A stretch of DNA of 64,000 nt, taken from positions 667,147 through 731,146 of the forward strand of contig CBDDDL010000002.1 in the NCBI GenBank assembly GCA_965226645.1, in the 5' to 3' direction. Under the pieces are notes generated by a model, which saw only the letters and a list, made by a program, of their open reading frames with translations, ran no database searches and was not told the DNA's origin. Positions 26,274 to 36,210 of this stretch are shown here, piece after piece. The stretch is from Candidatus Poriferisodalis sp. Its GTDB lineage: Bacteria; Actinomycetota; Acidimicrobiia; Acidimicrobiales; Poriferisodalaceae. The position numbers were made by a program, and so were the translations under genes. Positions within the stretch are counted from its first letter, which is position 1, and each line of letters starts with the position of its first letter.

Positions 26274-28652
26274 GTGAGCACGACTCGTCTTGGCATTGAC
26301 AGCATCTCGTTGGCCGATCGACGCGGCCGGGGACTCAGGCGGGCAGCCAGAGCCGCTCTGGCGCTGGCCGTGGCATTGGGCGTCTTGGCGCCAGCCGCAG
26401 TGTCAGGGGCGGCAGAACCGGCACCGAATCTGGTGCGCCATGGGGCGAACCTGACGCTTGTCGTGGCCAGTTGCCCGGGCCCAGCCGACAACGCAGTCGC
26501 GGAGGCGCTGGCTCATCACGCCCGCAACGCGGCGAAGGTGTGCGTCGATCCTGGCGGCCTGTCGCCCGAGACAGCCGCCCTCATCGCCGACTTTGCGCCA
26601 GACCGTGTGCAGGTCGTGGGCGGCAAGGTTGCGGTGCCGCCATCGGTGATGGATGAGCTGACCGCAGCTGCGCGCGCGGCATACCGCTGGAGCGTGGTCA
26701 AGCGCCTCGACGGTGCCACCCGGATCGAGACCGCAGCGTTGGCTGCCCGTGTGGCACTGGAACGCCCCGATGTCGTCGGGCCAGACACAGCCACCCTGAT
26801 CGTGGCGAATGGCTGGAGAAGCGCCGACGTCCGCACCGCAGCAGACGTGGCGGCGCACACCGCTGAAGCAGCCGTCGCGTACGTGTCGCCGCGCACGATC
26901 GCTGACGGCCTGCCGGTCGCGACCGCCTCGCTGATCACCGACTACCGCCCGGCGCGTGTCGTGATCGTGGGCCCCGCCGACGAGGTGGGCTCGGTCACCG
27001 AAGCGGCAGTTGAGGCGACGCTAGATGCCATCGGATCGACGATCGAGATCGAGCGGATCGTCGAAGCCGGAGAGCCTCGCGTAGCGATCCCCGAAGCCTC
27101 CCCGTCAGATGAGCGGGCGCGCGAGATCTTCACTGCCATCCAACAAGGAGTGCCGCGCCCCGCTCCCGGGAGTGGAACGTCGCTGCCGGTCGTGGCAATG
27201 AGCAAGGCGCAAGGCCCCTCCGGTGAGGGCGAACGCCTCTGGACGGCGCGCGCCGACGGTTCTGACCGGCAGCTGCAATCCGAAGACCATCGCGGCTGGG
27301 CATGGCATCCGAATGACGGTCGTTTGAGTTGGTCCAATGTCGACGGCCATTTGAGGGTCGCCGAACTCGCCGGTGACGAACAGGTGCTCTTCGAATCGGG
27401 CGGATTCCCAACTTGGTCGCCCGACGGCCGCCACGTGGTCGCCTTCAGGTTCATCGACAACGATGACAACGGCCGTTTCGAAAACATCGAAGCGCACCTC
27501 GCCGCGGCCGATGGCAGCCGGCTCCGCCGCATCGGACACGTCGATTACCGCACCTTCCTCTTCTCGGACCTACCGCTCGCGATCTGGTCGCCCGACGGGC
27601 GACGCCTCGCGTACGTGGAGCTGTCCACCGATCCCGAATCAGGGGAACAGACATCGCACACGCGTATCGAGACGGTGGATGCACGAACTTCCCCCGTCAC
27701 GCTCGGGGAGGACGTCACGTTCCTGGGCTGGTCACCTGATGGTCAACGCATCGCGTACGCCACGCCGAGCGACTGCGACGGCAACGGACAGCACGAGAGC
27801 CAGATCCTGTGGATCGCCAAGCCCGACGGCAGCGACGCCCGCGACCTCGGCCTCATTGATCGCATCCAATGGCGACTGCTGTATCTCTGGTCGCCCGACG
27901 GCTCCCACCTGGCGTACGAGTCGCTCGACCCAGCGGACTGCTCGATGCGGCTGAAAGTGCAGACCGCGAGCGGCGCAGACCCAGTGCTCGAGCTGCCGGT
28001 CGGCAGCCGGTTCATGGGTTGGTCGCTCAACAGCACCCACCTCGCCTACGGCATCACAGTCGGCACGCCCGGCCGGGGCGTCCCATTACGGGAGCACACC
28101 TGGGTGGTGCGACGCGACGGGAGCGACCTGCGTGAGCTGGGCGAGATCCGGTCAAACGTGAACGGGTCGGTGCTGTGGTCGCGCGACGGCAATCATCTGG
28201 CATACACCCAGGTGCTGCGCGATGCAGACGGCGACGTCATCGGCACACGGCCAATGGTCCAGCAGTCAAATGGAATCGGCAGTGCTGCGGCCCTCGAGGA
28301 GAACGGAAACGCCCTCGGATGGTCACCGGCGGACGACCGCCTGGCATACGTCGCGCACTACGACGAAGACAGTGACGGCGAAATCGACCGCCGGGCACTT
28401 CGGTTGCACACCGCCGGATCACTGGGTGCCGAGAGCACACTCGTCCACGAACTGCCCGATCTCACGGTCGGAGCGCGCTGGTCGCCCGACGGCGCCTATA
28501 TCGGCTACTCATCAGGCCCGACGGAGCTGATCCTGGACTGGTTCATCAACCGCCGACGAGGCTCGAACGCCTGGGTCGTGGCTACCACTGAGCCACGCTG
28601 GACCCGCCGCGTAGTCACCGATGTCGCCTGGGGCGCATGGCAACCGCGATGA
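26274..28652 (+). CDS. Secreted protein: N-terminal CWB2-like cell-wall-binding repeats plus a C-terminal TolB-like PD40 beta-propeller
   Basis: Signal peptide ..RRAARAALALAVALGVLAPAAVSGAAEP. ..GATRIETAALAA.. repeats. At least seven W[SA]PDG..[LI]AY blades (WSPDGRHVVAF, WSPDGRRLAY, WSPDGQRIAY, WSPDGSHLAY, WSRDGNHLAY, WSPADDRLAY, WSPDGAYIGY). The start lies 13 bp after the IS630 right inverted repeat. Confidence 0.8.
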   Translation: MSTTRLGIDSISLADRRGRGLRRAARAALALAVALGVLAPAAVSGAAEPAPNLVRHGANLTLVVASCPGPADNAVAEALAHHARNAAKVCVDPGGLSPETAALIADFAPDRVQVVGGKVAVPPSVMDELTAAARAAYRWSVVKRLDGATRIETAALAARVALERPDVVGPDTATLIVANGWRSADVRTAADVAAHTAEAAVAYVSPRTIADGLPVATASLITDYRPARVVIVGPADEVGSVTEAAVEATLDAIGSTIEIERIVEAGEPRVAIPEASPSDERAREIFTAIQQGVPRPAPGSGTSLPVVAMSKAQGPSGEGERLWTARADGSDRQLQSEDHRGWAWHPNDGRLSWSNVDGHLRVAELAGDEQVLFESGGFPTWSPDGRHVVAFRFIDNDDNGRFENIEAHLAAADGSRLRRIGHVDYRTFLFSDLPLAIWSPDGRRLAYVELSTDPESGEQTSHTRIETVDARTSPVTLGEDVTFLGWSPDGQRIAYATPSDCDGNGQHESQILWIAKPDGSDARDLGLIDRIQWRLLYLWSPDGSHLAYESLDPADCSMRLKVQTASGADPVLELPVGSRFMGWSLNSTHLAYGITVGTPGRGVPLREHTWVVRRDGSDLRELGEIRSNVNGSVLWSRDGNHLAYTQVLRDADGDVIGTRPMVQQSNGIGSAAALEENGNALGWSPADDRLAYVAHYDEDSDGEIDRRALRLHTAGSLGAESTLVHELPDLTVGARWSPDGAYIGYSSGPTELILDWFINRRRGSNAWVVATTEPRWTRRVVTDVAWGAWQPR

Positions 28653-28675
28653 GGGGTCCACGTTGCCGGGAGCCC

Positions 28676-30034
28676 TTACGGCGTGACTGATTCGAGGCGG
28701 TAGACGGTGCCCGCTGCGCTGAGCACGTAGAGCTCGCCGTCGGCGTCCTCGCCGAAGGACACCAGCGTGTTGCGCGGCACTGACACGCCCAAGTCGATCC
28801 GCTCCGGTTCGCCGTCGGGTCCCCGGACGAGGCCCCATACCGCACCCGTGCAGTAGTCGCCGAACACATAGGTGCCCCAGAGGGCCCCGATGGCACTCCC
28901 CCGGTAGACGTATCCGCCGGTCACCGAGCAGCCTTCGTCGTGGGTGTAGGTGTACACGGGGAAGACGAGATCGCCCGGCGTGTCGGTGCTGGATCCGTTA
29001 TCGCTGAACTGATCGTTGCCCTCGAACAGCGGCCAGCCCAGGTTGGCTCCCGGTGACCATCCGTCCTCGGCTGGCAGCACGTGAATTTCCTCGACGCGAT
29101 TCTGGCCGACGTCGCCGATCCACAGGTCGCCGCTGTTGCGGTCGAACGAGAACCGCCATGGGTTGCGCGCGCCGTATGCCCACACCTCGGGCGCCCCTCC
29201 GCTGGTTGCGAACGGGTTGCCGTCCCCGATCTCGTAGCCCTTCCCCGACGCAGGGTTCGGGTCGATGCGCACGATGGTGCCGAGCAGGGTTTCGCGGTCC
29301 TGACCCTGCCCGAAAATGTCATCGGCACCGCCGCCATCGCCGAAGCCGATCCACAGTTGGCCATCGGGACCGATGATCAGGTGGCCGCCGTTGTGGTTAC
29401 ATGCCGGTTGGTCGAGCGCCAGCAGTACCCGGCGGCGATCGGTCTGAGGGATCTCGCCCTCCATCGGAACCACAGCGATCCGGCTGTTGCGAGCCGTGTC
29501 GGTGTAGCTGAGATACAGCTGCGAGCCGTCAGGGGCGAACGCCATGCCCAAGAGCCCGTTCTCGCAGCCTTGACTGATTCTCGTGCCGATGTCGGCCACC
29601 AGCTGCGGGGCCGCGCTGGCGTCGGACGGGTCCAGCAGCCACAGCTGCCCGGTCAGCGTGGCCACGTAGCGCTGGTCGGTGCCGGGCCTCGCAACCAACG
29701 CAATGGGTGCAGCGATCTCGGCAACGGGCACCAGTTCGAACCGGGTCTCGGCGAGGGACTGCGTCGTCGCAGTGGCGCCGGTCGGCGTGCTCGAGGGTGC
29801 GCTCGTCGGCAAGCTCAGTGATGTGCCCGTCGGCACAGCGGTGGTGCTCGCCGCCACCGCGGCGCTCTTCAAGGCTGGAGGCGCTGTCACCGCAACGCTC
29901 GGAGCGCCGCCTTCAGCATCCGGCTGCGGGCCCCCGGCCGGAACATCGGGCTCGACCTGGCCCGAACTGCACGCCGCGGCCAGAAGCACTGCCGCCACAA
30001 CCATCGCTGCTGCGCGCACCGACTTCACAGCCAC
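28676..30034 (-). CDS. PQQ-dependent (soluble glucose/sorbosone dehydrogenase-type) sugar dehydrogenase, lipoprotein
   Basis: Lipobox LLAAAC. ..ACNHNGGHLIIGPDGQLWIGFGDGGG.. ..GARNPWRFSFD.. ..GWPLFEG.. Confidence 0.85.
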   Translation of the reverse strand: MAVKSVRAAAMVVAAVLLAAACSSGQVEPDVPAGGPQPDAEGGAPSVAVTAPPALKSAAVAASTTAVPTGTSLSLPTSAPSSTPTGATATTQSLAETRFELVPVAEIAAPIALVARPGTDQRYVATLTGQLWLLDPSDASAAPQLVADIGTRISQGCENGLLGMAFAPDGSQLYLSYTDTARNSRIAVVPMEGEIPQTDRRRVLLALDQPACNHNGGHLIIGPDGQLWIGFGDGGGADDIFGQGQDRETLLGTIVRIDPNPASGKGYEIGDGNPFATSGGAPEVWAYGARNPWRFSFDRNSGDLWIGDVGQNRVEEIHVLPAEDGWSPGANLGWPLFEGNDQFSDNGSSTDTPGDLVFPVYTYTHDEGCSVTGGYVYRGSAIGALWGTYVFGDYCTGAVWGLVRGPDGEPERIDLGVSVPRNTLVSFGEDADGELYVLSAAGTVYRLESVTP

Positions 30035-30103
30035 GACGGTACCGACGCAGTCCGCTTAGCCTCACGGCGAGGCGTATCGAGTCGTGAACAGGGCGGACAC
30101 CGG

Positions 30104-30595
30104 ATGAGCTCGACCACCAACGCAGTGAGCTGGGCAGCCTTCGCCGAGGACTGCCCGGAATTGGCCGCACGCGTCCAGCAGCGTTTCGAAAATCACCAGC
30201 ACGTGGTCATGGCCACGATCCGTCGCGACGGTTCTCCCCGCATGTCGGGTATGGAGGCGCCCGTCCGCGACGGGCATATGTGGCTGGGCATGGAATACAA
30301 CTCGACGAAGGCCGCCGATCTGCGACGCGATCCGCGCTTCGGTCTGCATTCGACTCCCGACGACGAGGACTTGTCGGCGGGAGATGCACGCATCGAGGGA
30401 GTCGCTGTGCTGGCCGACGCAGCACAGGTTGACCTCTTCGTGCGCGGGCACCGCCACGAGATCGACGACTCCACCCAGATGGCACTGTTCACGGTCGACA
30501 TTGCCCGAGCGGTGCTGGTACTCGTTGAGGACAGGCACCTGGTGCTCGAGTCCTGGACGCCCGACGGTGGCCTGACCGAACGCCGGATCAGCTAA
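30104..30595 (+). CDS. Pyridoxamine 5'-phosphate oxidase-like FMN-binding protein
   Basis: 163 aa split-barrel pattern (..HVVMATIRRDGSPRMSGM..). Confidence 0.7.
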   Translation: MSSTTNAVSWAAFAEDCPELAARVQQRFENHQHVVMATIRRDGSPRMSGMEAPVRDGHMWLGMEYNSTKAADLRRDPRFGLHSTPDDEDLSAGDARIEGVAVLADAAQVDLFVRGHRHEIDDSTQMALFTVDIARAVLVLVEDRHLVLESWTPDGGLTERRIS

Positions 30596-30701
30596 GCCAG
30601 TCCAGCTAGGCCAGTTCCTTCTCGGGGCAGGTTCGCTCGCGGTCTTCACCGCAGACGGGCCACTCGCAGCGACACGTAGAGTTCTGCCAAGGAGGCAGCT
30701 C

Positions 30702-31256
30702 ATGGGCGATTGGTGGCAGGCGCTGACCGGCGATCTGCAGATCTTCTACGCGGTCGCCTTCATCGCCAGCTTCTTCCTGCTGTTGCAGCTCGTGCTGCTG
30801 GCATTCGGCATCGGAGCTGATGTCGATATCGACGTTGGCGACGACGACCCGGGCAGCGGGTTCCTGTCCGTGCGGACGTTGACGGCGTTCTCGTTTGCGT
30901 TCGGTTGGACAGGCGTCCTCATGAAGCAGGCAGACCGCTCGACTCCTGCGTCAGTGGGCGTCGCCCTCGTCGTCGGATTCGCAGTGTTCATCGCCGTGGG
31001 CTTGCTGTGGCGCTCGTTCGGCAAGCTTGGTGAGAGCGGCTCGATCGACTACCAATCCGCCGTCGGCGCAAACGGCACCGTCTATCTCACGGTTGCTGCG
31101 AACCGTGCCAAGCCCGGCAAAGTCGAAGTGATGGTGCAGGGTCGACTGCGGGTCATCAATGCCCTGACCGAGTCCGACGAGAATTTGCCTGCGCAAACCT
31201 CCATTACCGTGGTCGGCGTTGTCGACCCTTCGACCGTGCTCGTGGCGACTCATTAG
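30702..31256 (+). CDS. NfeD-family membrane protein (short YuaF/YqiJ type)
   Basis: AAGGAGG Shine-Dalgarno. N-terminal TM helices plus a C-terminal OB-fold (..GTVYLTVAANRAKPGKVEVMVQGRLRVINAL..). Immediately upstream of the flotillin gene. Confidence 0.75.
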   Translation: MGDWWQALTGDLQIFYAVAFIASFFLLLQLVLLAFGIGADVDIDVGDDDPGSGFLSVRTLTAFSFAFGWTGVLMKQADRSTPASVGVALVVGFAVFIAVGLLWRSFGKLGESGSIDYQSAVGANGTVYLTVAANRAKPGKVEVMVQGRLRVINALTESDENLPAQTSITVVGVVDPSTVLVATH

Positions 31257-31292
31257 CCTGACCTTCCCCGCCACGCAATCCGAGAGGTAGCT

Positions 31293-32708
31293 ATGGCTGT
31301 TATCGCACTGGCAGGTGGCCTGTTCGCCATCCTGCTGATCGCCCTGATGTGGATTTCATCGCGCTTCAAGCGCTGTCCATCTGACCGGATCCTCGTGGTC
31401 TATGGACGCGTCGGAGGGGAAGGCGAGTCGGCGCGGTGCCTCCATGGCGGCGGCGCGCTGATCTGGCCCGTCGTTCAGGGCTACGCCTACCTGGATCTCA
31501 CGCCGATTCCCATCGAGATCAGGCTGCAGGGCGCTCTTTCCCAGCAGAACATCCGGGTCAACACGCCGGCCACGTTCACGGTCGGGGTATCCACCGAGCC
31601 AGGCGTCATGCAAAACGCCGCCGAGCGGATGCTTGGTCTGTCCCTGTTGGAAATCGAGAACCTGGCCCGCGACATCATCTTCGGTCAGATGCGGGTGGTG
31701 ATCGCCACCATGCCGATCGAGCAGATCAACACCGACCGCGAACAGCTCATCCTCAACATCACCGAATCGCTTGAACTCGAGTTGCGCAAGGTCGGGCTGC
31801 GTCTCATCAACGTCAACATCCAGGACATCACCGACGAATCGGGATACATCGACGCTTTGGGTCGCGAGGCCGCGGCCCGCGCCATCAGCGAAGCCAAGGT
31901 CAAGGTGGCCGATCAGGAGCGCGACGGCGACATCGGCGCTGCCGAGGCACAGCGCGAGCAGCGCATCCGCGTCGCACAGGCCAACGCCACCGCGACCGAA
32001 GGCGAGAACGAGTCGTACGTCGTGATTGCTCAATCGGCCGGCGAGCGGCGCCAAGCCGAAGCCGAAGCCGAACGCGCCGCCAACGCCGCTGAGCGCGTCA
32101 GCCAGGCACTTGCCGCGCAGGAGTCGTTCTCGGCTGAGGCCGAGGCCGAACGGGTGCGAGCAGAGCGCGACAAGGCCGCTCAGGAGGCCGACATCGTGGT
32201 GCCGGCCCAGGTGGAACGCGAGCGGGTGCGCACGCTTGCTGAAGCAGAAGCCGACCGGATCAGGCTGGTGAAGGCCGGTGAGGCTGACGGTCAGCGACTG
32301 CTCATGGAGGCCGAGGCGCTGGGCTTGCTGGCGTTGCTGAGCCGGCGCGCCGAGGGCTTTGGCGCACTCGTGACGGCTTGCGGCGGTGCGGCGCCCCAAG
32401 CGGCCTTGCTGATGATCGCCGAGCAGCTGCCCACCCTTGTGGCTGAGCAGGTGAAGGCCATCTCGAATCTCAAGATCGACAAGATCACCGTGTGGGATTC
32501 GGGCTCGGGTGGCGACGGGAAAGCCGGCACGACGGCCAACTTCGTGTCTGGCCTGGTGGGTGCGCTGCCGCCGCTGCATGAGGTGGCGAGTCAGGCAGGC
32601 ATCAAGCTGCCGCAGTTCCTTGGCGAGCTCGAGGACGAAGGGGCGCTCGATCGTCTGCGCGAGCTGGCCGACCGGCTCCGGGATGACTCAGACGACGAGG
32701 GCGGCTAG
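31293..32708 (+). CDS. Flotillin-like SPFH/band-7 protein (FloT/YqiK type)
   Basis: N-terminal TM, SPFH domain, long E/A/R-rich coiled coil (..AEAEAERAANAAERVSQALAAQESFSAEAEAERVRAERDKAAQEA..). Confidence 0.85.
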   Translation: MAVIALAGGLFAILLIALMWISSRFKRCPSDRILVVYGRVGGEGESARCLHGGGALIWPVVQGYAYLDLTPIPIEIRLQGALSQQNIRVNTPATFTVGVSTEPGVMQNAAERMLGLSLLEIENLARDIIFGQMRVVIATMPIEQINTDREQLILNITESLELELRKVGLRLINVNIQDITDESGYIDALGREAAARAISEAKVKVADQERDGDIGAAEAQREQRIRVAQANATATEGENESYVVIAQSAGERRQAEAEAERAANAAERVSQALAAQESFSAEAEAERVRAERDKAAQEADIVVPAQVERERVRTLAEAEADRIRLVKAGEADGQRLLMEAEALGLLALLSRRAEGFGALVTACGGAAPQAALLMIAEQLPTLVAEQVKAISNLKIDKITVWDSGSGGDGKAGTTANFVSGLVGALPPLHEVASQAGIKLPQFLGELEDEGALDRLRELADRLRDDSDDEGG

Positions 32709-32775
32709 GCCGAGACTTCCAGCGGCCCCAGTGCGCGAGCGACCCAGCACGCAGGCGACCCAGCACGCAGGCGGT

Positions 32776-33549
32776 TCAGTGCGCAGGCGTGTCGGCGTCC
32801 GGTAAACGGCGCTCGTGCAGCTCAACCGGCTGCGCACGCGACTTGCGGTTGCGCTTCATCCGCAAGTTGAGCGCCTCCACCATCACGGCGAATCCCATCG
32901 CGAAGTAGATGTAGCCCTTCGGGATGTGGAACTCGGCGCCCTCGGCGACGAGTGACATACCGATGAGCAGCAGGAAGCTGAGCGCCAGCATCTTCACTGT
33001 CGGGTGACGGCTCACGAACCGCATCACCGGGCCCGACGACCACAGCATCACCCCGACGGCGATGACGACGGCTGCGATCATCACGCCGACCTGTTCGGCC
33101 ATGCCGACCGCGGTGATCACCGAGTCGAGGCTGAACACCAGATCGAGCAGCAGGATCTGCACGATGACCTTGGCGAACGAGCCGGCCGCGCCCCCGGAGG
33201 CACCGTGGGCATCATCGCCTTCGAGCTTGTGATGGATCTCGAACGTGGACTTGCCCAGCAGGAACAGTCCGCCGCCGAACAGGATCAGGTCTCTGCCCGA
33301 CAGCTCGTGGCCGAATACCGAGAACAGCGGTGCGGTCAACCGCACGATCCACGCGATGCCCAGCAGCAGCAGCACCCGCATCCCCATCGCCAGCGACAGG
33401 CCAACGACTCGCGCTCGATCTGCCTGCTCGCCGCCCAGTCGGCCCGCCAAGATCGAGATGAAGATGACGTTGTCGATACCGAGGACGATCTCAAGCACCG
33501 TCAGCGTTGCCAGCGAGATCCAGATTTCAGGATTCGATATCCACTCCAC
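32776..33549 (-). CDS. TerC/Alx-family integral membrane protein
   Basis: ..LTVLEIVLGIDNVIFISILAGRL.. and a second DNV-like half. 257 aa. Confidence 0.85.
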   Translation of the reverse strand: MEWISNPEIWISLATLTVLEIVLGIDNVIFISILAGRLGGEQADRARVVGLSLAMGMRVLLLLGIAWIVRLTAPLFSVFGHELSGRDLILFGGGLFLLGKSTFEIHHKLEGDDAHGASGGAAGSFAKVIVQILLLDLVFSLDSVITAVGMAEQVGVMIAAVVIAVGVMLWSSGPVMRFVSRHPTVKMLALSFLLLIGMSLVAEGAEFHIPKGYIYFAMGFAVMVEALNLRMKRNRKSRAQPVELHERRLPDADTPAH

Positions 33550-33591
33550 GGGCGCCCACGCTAGAGCGAGCGCGCTACCCGCCCGTCGCGC

Positions 33592-35028
33592 TCAGCGTGT
33601 GCGCGGCGGATGGCGACGCTGCAGAATTGCCCGGCAATGTCCTCGGTGCCTAGCTGCAAGCCCGCAGCGCTGGCCAGTCGAGCGCACCCGCAGTGGGCAT
33701 CGCTCCCACCGCGCCCCGAGATCGACGCTCTCGACGGCGCCCGAGAAGTCGTCGCCGTCATTGGTGGGCAGAAACGGATCTCCTGCGATCTGGTCGAGGA
33801 GTTGACGTGCGTTGTGCGGATCGCCCATTGTCGAGGACATGACGTCGTACATTTCGAAAATGCGGTCGGCGTCGTAGGCCCGCAGGCGCGGACCGACGCG
33901 GCGGCTCCGTGTAATGCCAGCTTCAGTCAGACGACGAAGCGCTTCTGCGCACCGCCGCGGCGAAAAACCGGATTCCGACGCGAGGTTCTCTGGCGTCAGC
34001 GAAGGTTGCGACGCCAGCAGGTTCACTGCAGCCAGAGCCACAGAGCGCCCGGTGCGCTGCCCGACACGCTCGCGCCAACGGTCCTGCAGGCGTGAAACGG
34101 CATCCGCATATAAGCTCGCCGCTTCGCAGGACTGACTCACCGCTGTGCTGACGACTTCGAGCAACGGGATCACGGCTGCGGATCTGTGCGCGTCATCGGG
34201 CGCTCCGACGTAGCTCTGATATGCAGCGAGCGATCGCAGGTAGGCATCACGGTTCTGCGACAGGGCCAAGCTGATGGGCGGCATGAACCCCTCCGAAACG
34301 CACCGATGCTTCAACGCGGCATACAGGAGCGTCCGGCCCGTACGGCCGTTGCCATCGCCGAATGGATGAATCGTCTCGAATTGAGCGTGGGCCACCACGG
34401 CTTGCAGAATTGGCGAGTGATCGCCAGCTCGCAGATATGCGACGAGATCCTCCATGAGCGGCGGGCACTCATCGGGCGGCGGCGGCACGAAGTCGCCATC
34501 GAGCGGATGCCAGTCATTGCCCCCGATCCAGTTCTGCGTCGTCTTCAAAACGCCGCCGAGTCCCGGATTCGGGGACGAGTTCATGAGCACGCGATGGGCA
34601 TCGCAGAGCAACTCGACAGTCAACGCCGCCGGCTGGGCGAGGATGCGCAGAGCTTCTGCGGTTGCTTCGATGTTGCCAATCGCCTCGCCGACATGGCCCC
34701 GACGATGAGGTGGGGAAGCAGACGCCTCGGCAATCAACGCGTGCACGACCCGCCGAGCTTGCGGCGTCACTCCCTCGATACGCGACGAGCCAAGCGACTC
34801 CGCCCAGAAGAACATGGCGACCGAAGCTGAATCTGGCGCAAGCACTGAAGCCGTCGCAACCAGTTGGCGCTCGGCATCAGCAACGAATGCCGCCACATCG
34901 GCTGGCAGCAGTGGATGCCAGCCGGTCAGACGGTGAGGGACATAGGCGAGAAATGTGCCCAGCCGCCGGTCGACAGCCCGTGGCGCCGCCGGATTTCCTG
35001 GCCAGGACTCAGTGCGAAGGAAGCCCAT
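33592..35028 (-). CDS. Fic-family protein (AMPylase/filamentation-induced by cAMP family)
   Basis: Canonical Fic motif HPFGDGNGRTGRTLL. 478 aa with N- and C-terminal extensions. Confidence 0.85.
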   Translation of the reverse strand: MGFLRTESWPGNPAAPRAVDRRLGTFLAYVPHRLTGWHPLLPADVAAFVADAERQLVATASVLAPDSASVAMFFWAESLGSSRIEGVTPQARRVVHALIAEASASPPHRRGHVGEAIGNIEATAEALRILAQPAALTVELLCDAHRVLMNSSPNPGLGGVLKTTQNWIGGNDWHPLDGDFVPPPPDECPPLMEDLVAYLRAGDHSPILQAVVAHAQFETIHPFGDGNGRTGRTLLYAALKHRCVSEGFMPPISLALSQNRDAYLRSLAAYQSYVGAPDDAHRSAAVIPLLEVVSTAVSQSCEAASLYADAVSRLQDRWRERVGQRTGRSVALAAVNLLASQPSLTPENLASESGFSPRRCAEALRRLTEAGITRSRRVGPRLRAYDADRIFEMYDVMSSTMGDPHNARQLLDQIAGDPFLPTNDGDDFSGAVESVDLGARWERCPLRVRSTGQRCGLAARHRGHCRAILQRRHPPRTR

Positions 35029-35085
35029 GATGGTGACCCTCTTCCGCTGATGGGAGTGCCGCTTACCGCGCCAGTTCTTGTCGTA

Positions 35086-35116
35086 TTTGACGCGTAAACA
35101 ATCTTACCGTGTCAAA
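35086..35116. promoter_or_regulatory. Near-palindrome TTTGACGCG-N13-CGTGTCAAA, 58-88 bp upstream of the fic start; candidate operator
   Basis: Inverted repeat seen directly in the fic upstream region. Confidence 0.3.
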
Positions 35117-35165
35117 TGCAACAGCTACATGACGCAGCAACGGTGGTCGTCGCCGCGGGTCGCAT

Positions 35166-36116
35166 TCATTCCTCGCTCCGATGCTCAACGGAATCTTGGG
35201 CGGCCCACCAGGCATGGAGGCGGCGGAGTACCTCGTCGTCGCCCAGCTCGCCTTCAGTTCGGCGCAGCTCCAGCAGGAACTTCATGGCATGGCCCACCTC
35301 GGGCCCGGGTGCCAAGCCCAAGTGGGCCATCACCTCGTCGCCGTTCATCTCAGGACGCACCTCGGCGACCGCCTGCTCTCGGGCCAACCGGGAGATACGA
35401 ACCTCGAATCGGTCGAGCGCATCGTGCAGCGCCTGGATCCGCTTCACATTGCGCGATGTGCAGTCGCTGCGCACCATGTCGTTCAGGTCGCCCAACAGCA
35501 GTCCGGCGTCACGGGCGTAGCGCCGTACTGCGGCATCGGTCCAACCGGTGTCATACCCCTTGAAGCGGCCCGACAGGTGCACCAACCGGGCGACCTCGTC
35601 GGTCAGCTCGCGGTTGTAGCCCATCTGCGGCATGCGGCGGCGAGTCATCTTTGCGCCTACGGCCTCGTGGTTGCGGAACGTCACCCCGCCGTGGGAAAAC
35701 GACCGCGTCAGCGGCTTGCCGATGTCGTGAAAGAGCGCTCCGAGGCGCACCCGCAGCCGCGGCGGGCTTTGGGCCACGACGGCGATCGTGTGCGCCAGCA
35801 CATCCTTGTGGCGGTGGATCGGATCCTGCTCGAGCGCCAGCGCCGGCAGCTCGGGCAGGTGCTCATCGGCCCAGCCGCTGTCGACCAGCTCCCACAAGCC
35901 CTGGCGCGGATCGTCGACCACCAGGACGCTGTTGAGTTCGTCGCAGGGCAGCGCGGCACCGTCGTCTAACGCCAGCTCGTCGAGAGCGAGTTCATCGACG
36001 CTGTCTGGATCGTCAGCGCCCGGCGCGCTGTGCGGCGCGCGGTGCGGGGTGCTCATCCCACCATGATGCAGTGCTGCGAGCGCCCGTCCAACCATGTTTT
36101 GCGGGAGTTTTGCCAT
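35166..36116 (-). CDS. HD-domain protein resembling the C-terminal half of CCA-adding enzyme / poly(A) polymerase (no nucleotidyltransferase head evident)
   Basis: ..LPELPALALEQDPIHRHKDVLAHTIAV.. ..LGALFHDIGKP.. HD motif. The N-terminal 80 residues are low-complexity. Divergent from dnaE. Confidence 0.6.
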   Translation of the reverse strand: MAKLPQNMVGRALAALHHGGMSTPHRAPHSAPGADDPDSVDELALDELALDDGAALPCDELNSVLVVDDPRQGLWELVDSGWADEHLPELPALALEQDPIHRHKDVLAHTIAVVAQSPPRLRVRLGALFHDIGKPLTRSFSHGGVTFRNHEAVGAKMTRRRMPQMGYNRELTDEVARLVHLSGRFKGYDTGWTDAAVRRYARDAGLLLGDLNDMVRSDCTSRNVKRIQALHDALDRFEVRISRLAREQAVAEVRPEMNGDEVMAHLGLAPGPEVGHAMKFLLELRRTEGELGDDEVLRRLHAWWAAQDSVEHRSEE

Positions 36117-36210
36117 CCAGCGGCGCGCACGCCTCCGCGATACCGGGATCGCGCCTGCGGCGGGTCTATGTTCGACAAACGGGTCGCTTCGGACAACTTC
36201 AAGGAGCAGC

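Noticed and set aside
31356-32579. 407-aa minus-strand ORF opposite the flotillin gene
   Set aside because: Antisense artefact of the A/E/R-rich coiled-coil coding region.
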